Shown here: one piece after another, positions 54,182 to 57,410 of the stretch | Position numbering within the stretch: position 1 is the stretch's first letter | Layout: the number at the start of each line of letters is the position of its first letter | NCBI GenBank assembly: GCA_964490795.1 | Contig: CAZBDY010000004.1 | Coordinates: forward strand, 1-57,410 | Direction: 5' to 3' | Source of the DNA: Candidatus Woesearchaeota archaeon | GTDB lineage: Archaea; Nanobdellota; Nanobdellia; Pacearchaeales; GW2011-AR1 | Length of the DNA stretch: 57,410 nt | Made by a program: the position numbers and the translations under genes | The notes under the pieces: model-generated | Database searches by the model: none | What the model was told of the DNA's origin: nothing | The model's input: the letters and a program-made list of their open reading frames with translations, nothing else

Positions 54182-56350
54182 ATGGCAGACAAATCAACAA
54201 AAAAAGTTAAAGAGTTAATGCATAACTTAGAACATATTAGGAATATAGCCATAGCAGCACATATAGATCATGGAAAAACAACTTTTTCTGATAACTTATT
54301 AGCTGGAGCAGGAATGATGTCAGAAGAGTTAGCTGGAAAACAACTGGCTTTGGATTTTCATGAAGATGAACAAACAAGAGGGATTACTATAGATGCTGCA
54401 AATGTTTCTATGGTTCATGATTTTGAAGGAGATAATTTTTTAATTAATTTAATTGATACTCCTGGACATGTTGACTTTGGAGGAGATGTAACAAGAGCTA
54501 TGAGAGCTGTAGATGGATGTATCATCTTAGTTTGTGCATCAGAAGGGGTAATGCCTCAGACAGAGACAGTTGTAAGGCAGGCATTAAGAGAGAGAGTTAA
54601 ACCTGTTTTGTTTATTAATAAAGTTGATAGATTAATCAGAGAGGTTAAATTAACTCCAGAAGAAATGCAAAAAAGATTTGTTAAGATTATTAATCATGTT
54701 AATGATTTAATTCACAAAATTGCTCCACAAGAGTATAAGGAAAAATGGATGGTTGGAGTTAATGATGGAAGTGTGGCTTTTGGTTCAGCAGTTCATAACT
54801 GGGCGGTATCAGTTCCATATATGAAAAAAAATAATATCAGTTTTAAAGATATTATAGATACTTATAATTCTGGTGGAGAGAAATACAAAGAATTAATAAA
54901 AAAAGCCCCTTTACATAGAGTTATATTAAACATGGTTATAAGACATCATCCAAACCCTGTTCAGGCACAAGAATATAGAATTCCAAAAATATGGCATGGA
55001 GATTTAGATTCTGAACAAGGGAAATCATTAACTCAATGTGATGAAAAAGGAAAACCTGCTTTTGTGTGTACTAAAATAGTTGTAGATAAACATGCTGGAG
55101 AGATAGCAGCAGGAAGATTATTTTCAGGGACATTAAAAGGAGGAGATGAAGTTTATCTTAATCTAGCTAAAAGACAAGGAAAAGTTCAGCAGGTTTTTGT
55201 TTATAAAGGGGCACAAAAAATACAGATGGAAGAAGTTATAGCTGGAAATATTGTTGGTTTATCTGGATTAAGAGATATTCAGGCAGGTGAAACTGTCTCT
55301 TTTGAACAAATTACTCCTTTTGAAGAAATTAAGCATATTTTTGACCCAGTTGTAACAAAAAGTTTTGAAGCAAAATCTCCAGCAGACTTACCAAAACTAA
55401 TTGACATTTTAAGAACAGTAAATAAAGAAGATCCTTCTGTTCATATTGAGATTAATGAAGAGACAGGAGAAAACCTTGTTTCTGGAATGGGAGAATTACA
55501 TTTGGAAGTTATTGAAAATAGAATCAGAACTGAAAAAGGTTTGGATGTAAAAACTTCAAGTCCGATTGTTGTTTATAATGAGACAGTTCAAAAAGAATCA
55601 AAAGAAGCTGAAGGAAGGTCTCCAAACAAACATAATGTTTTTGTTTTAAAAGTAGAACCTTTAGAAGATGAGATTTATAATGCAATTAAAGAAGGGGAGA
55701 TAGCTGGAGGAAGAATAAAGAAAAAAGACCAGCAATTATTTGATACTTTAAGAGAAAAAGGAGTTGATAGAGATGAGGTAAGACAATATAGAGATATTTA
55801 CAAGGGAAATGTTTTTCTTGATACAGTAAGAGGAGAGGTGGCTATGGGAGAAGTAATTGAGTTAATATTAGATGCTTTTGAACAAATTGTTGATCAAGGG
55901 CCATTAGCAAGAGAGCCAGTTATGAAAATGAAAGTTTCACTTGTTGATGTTAAGTTGCATGAAGATGCTATTCATAGAGGGCCAGCACAAGTTTACCCTG
56001 CTATTAGAGAAGCCTTACATTTGGCAATGAGGAATGGAAAAGCTTGTCTATATGAACCAGTTCAGATTCATAGAATTGAAGCTCCAATAGAATATATGTC
56101 AGCTTTAACTAGTTTAATTTCAAGCAAGAGAGGACAGTTATTAGATGTTGAACAAGAAGTTACAGCTGTTATTAAAGCGAAAATTCCTGTTTCAGAAATG
56201 ATTGGATGGAGTAATGAATTAAGGTCAACATCAGAGGGAAGAGGGGTTTCTTCACTAATGGACCAGCATTTTGAAAAAATGCCTTCTGATTTACAAGACG
56301 ATGTTATTAAGAAAATAAGAGATAGAAAAGGTTTAGCTGAAAATCAGTAA
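54182..56350 (+). CDS. fusA: Translation elongation factor aEF-2
   Basis: 'AHIDHGKTT', 'DTPGHVDF', 'NKVDR', diphthamide-site 'HEDAIHRGPAQ'. Confidence 0.95.
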   Translation: MADKSTKKVKELMHNLEHIRNIAIAAHIDHGKTTFSDNLLAGAGMMSEELAGKQLALDFHEDEQTRGITIDAANVSMVHDFEGDNFLINLIDTPGHVDFGGDVTRAMRAVDGCIILVCASEGVMPQTETVVRQALRERVKPVLFINKVDRLIREVKLTPEEMQKRFVKIINHVNDLIHKIAPQEYKEKWMVGVNDGSVAFGSAVHNWAVSVPYMKKNNISFKDIIDTYNSGGEKYKELIKKAPLHRVILNMVIRHHPNPVQAQEYRIPKIWHGDLDSEQGKSLTQCDEKGKPAFVCTKIVVDKHAGEIAAGRLFSGTLKGGDEVYLNLAKRQGKVQQVFVYKGAQKIQMEEVIAGNIVGLSGLRDIQAGETVSFEQITPFEEIKHIFDPVVTKSFEAKSPADLPKLIDILRTVNKEDPSVHIEINEETGENLVSGMGELHLEVIENRIRTEKGLDVKTSSPIVVYNETVQKESKEAEGRSPNKHNVFVLKVEPLEDEIYNAIKEGEIAGGRIKKKDQQLFDTLREKGVDRDEVRQYRDIYKGNVFLDTVRGEVAMGEVIELILDAFEQIVDQGPLAREPVMKMKVSLVDVKLHEDAIHRGPAQVYPAIREALHLAMRNGKACLYEPVQIHRIEAPIEYMSALTSLISSKRGQLLDVEQEVTAVIKAKIPVSEMIGWSNELRSTSEGRGVSSLMDQHFEKMPSDLQDDVIKKIRDRKGLAENQ

Positions 56351-56411
56351 AAGAAATATTTAAAAATAAATAAATCTTGTTTTTTTAATAAATTAATAAA
56401 AAAGAAAAGAG

Positions 56412-56708
56412 ATGAAGTTAAAAATAAAGTTTAAACATTTGAGAAGGTTTTTAGAGTTTTTTATTATAGGTATTGTTTTTGGAATTACTGAAGACATGAT
56501 TGCTATATTGGTTGCAACTGATGCTAAATTTTCTTGGGATATCTTATGGATTGTTACTTTAGTTGCAATACCTTTTGCTATTTTTTCTGAATTAATTGTT
56601 GATAAAATAAAATTTGATAAAGTTGCTAAATGGTGGAATAAACAAGTTATGGGTATAGAAGAAGAAGTTCGAGGAGATGTTGAAAAAGTGGGGAAAAATT
56701 TTAAGTAA
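56412..56708 (+). CDS. Small 2-TM membrane protein
   Basis: Hydrophobicity only. Confidence 0.4.
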   Translation: MKLKIKFKHLRRFLEFFIIGIVFGITEDMIAILVATDAKFSWDILWIVTLVAIPFAIFSELIVDKIKFDKVAKWWNKQVMGIEEEVRGDVEKVGKNFK

Positions 56709-56893
56709 TCAAGAAAATCTCATAATCTAAAGACATGATATATTTTAAAACTTAAATTTTGAATAAATGAAATTATATTTTTATGAAGAGTTTTTTTTGC
56801 TTCTTTTTTTCTTAAAAAAAGAAAATTTCATTACTTGTCTTCGGTGAATTTTTTTGCGAAGAATTTATAAAGTTTAAGTTAATTCCTAATTGT

Positions 56894-57410
56894 ATGACTT
56901 ATGAAAAACAAATTGCTTCAGCAGGATTAAACATTAATGCAATTAAGCTAAGACCTGACAATCCATTTACATGGGCTTCTGGCTTTAGGATGCCAATTTA
57001 TAATGACAACAGAATGTTTTTGTTTCATCCAGAGCATAGAGATTTATTGGCCAGGGGTTTTGGAGAAATTTTACAATCTGAAGATATTTCTTATGATGTA
57101 ATCGCAGGAACTTCTACCGCAGGAATTCCTCCTGCAACAACATTGGCAGACTATTTGGGAAAACCAATGATATATGTAAGAGATAAACTAAAAGACCATG
57201 GATTACAAAATCAAATTGAAGGAATTGATGCAGAATCTGATTTACAAGGAAGAAAGGTTGTTTTAGTTGAAGATTTAATCTCAACTGGTGGAAGTTCTGC
57301 AAGAGCTGTGCAAGCAATAAGGGATGCGAATGGAGAATGTAATTATTGCATTTCAATATTTAACTATGGATTAGATAAAGCAGTTCAGGCATTTCAGGAT
57401 TTAGAACCTC
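56894..57410 (+). CDS. pyrE: Orotate phosphoribosyltransferase (3' end runs off the window)
   Basis: Hand translation: MTYEKQIASAGLNINAIKLRPDNPFTWASGFRMPIYNDNR... PRPP loop 'VVLVEDLISTGGSS'. TATA-like 'tttataaa' starts 30 nt upstream. Confidence 0.8.
   Translation, partial: MTYEKQIASAGLNINAIKLRPDNPFTWASGFRMPIYNDNRMFLFHPEHRDLLARGFGEILQSEDISYDVIAGTSTAGIPPATTLADYLGKPMIYVRDKLKDHGLQNQIEGIDAESDLQGRKVVLVEDLISTGGSSARAVQAIRDANGECNYCISIFNYGLDKAVQAFQDLEP

Noticed and set aside
56788-56840. A/T-only inverted repeat ttcttttttt-ctt-aaaaaaagaa upstream of pyrE, and a 26-codon ORF (MKLYFYEEFF...).
   Set aside because: The pure A/T hairpin has negligible stability and is likely just a T-rich terminator or low-complexity spacer. 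The micro-ORF has no SD and no conservation evidence.
1-57410. Looked for CRISPR arrays, rRNA genes, transposases/IS elements, integrases and long direct repeats.
   Set aside because: I saw no regularly spaced repeats, no rRNA-like GC-rich blocks of suitable length, and no DDE, tyrosine or serine recombinase motifs in any listed translation. A by-eye scan cannot exclude short or degenerate repeats.

Overview
Very AT-rich, tightly packed archaeal chromosome segment; many genes overlap by 1-11 nt or abut directly. All calls come from reading the supplied translations and DNA by eye; no search or HMM was run. Archaeal hallmarks: an rpoH-rpoB-rpoA-nusA-rps12-rps7 ... aEF-2 cluster, an intron-containing tRNA-Lys, archaeal-type ThrRS, TrpRS and GluRS, Elp3, and many proteins with class III (prepilin-like) signal peptides. 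The reduced, fused and truncated gene set fits a small-genome DPANN-type archaeon (inference only). Main blocks: (1) 96-9063, housekeeping genes including an MTAP-APRT fusion and a C-terminally truncated GluRS. (2) 9321-20746, a divergent type IV pilus-like locus. It has six pilin-like proteins, a vWA adhesin, an embedded APH-type kinase, a FlaI-like ATPase, a platform protein split into two genes, and a KaiC/FlaH-like ATPase. (3) 20747-22582, a small accessory patch with a RecB-like nuclease-fold protein and a membrane-anchored GH24 lysozyme. (4) 28268-35342, a thiol, Fe-S and oxidative-stress island: TrxR, ferredoxin, NifS, IscU, DUF1858, SOR, Grx, and a 16-aa Cys-rich micro-ORF. (5) 37700-44329, an NrdR-controlled anaerobic dNTP module: NrdR boxes, nrdR, nrdD with a C-terminal thioredoxin-fold domain, nrdG, dut, and a thioredoxin gene. 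That thioredoxin's CxxC active site is interrupted by a 452-aa LAGLIDADG intein; this is the most unusual item I can support. (6) 44773-56350, tRNA-Lys, a long GC-enriched non-coding stretch, and the RNAP/translation cluster with an unsplit rpoA. I saw no rRNA, CRISPR array, transposase or integrase.
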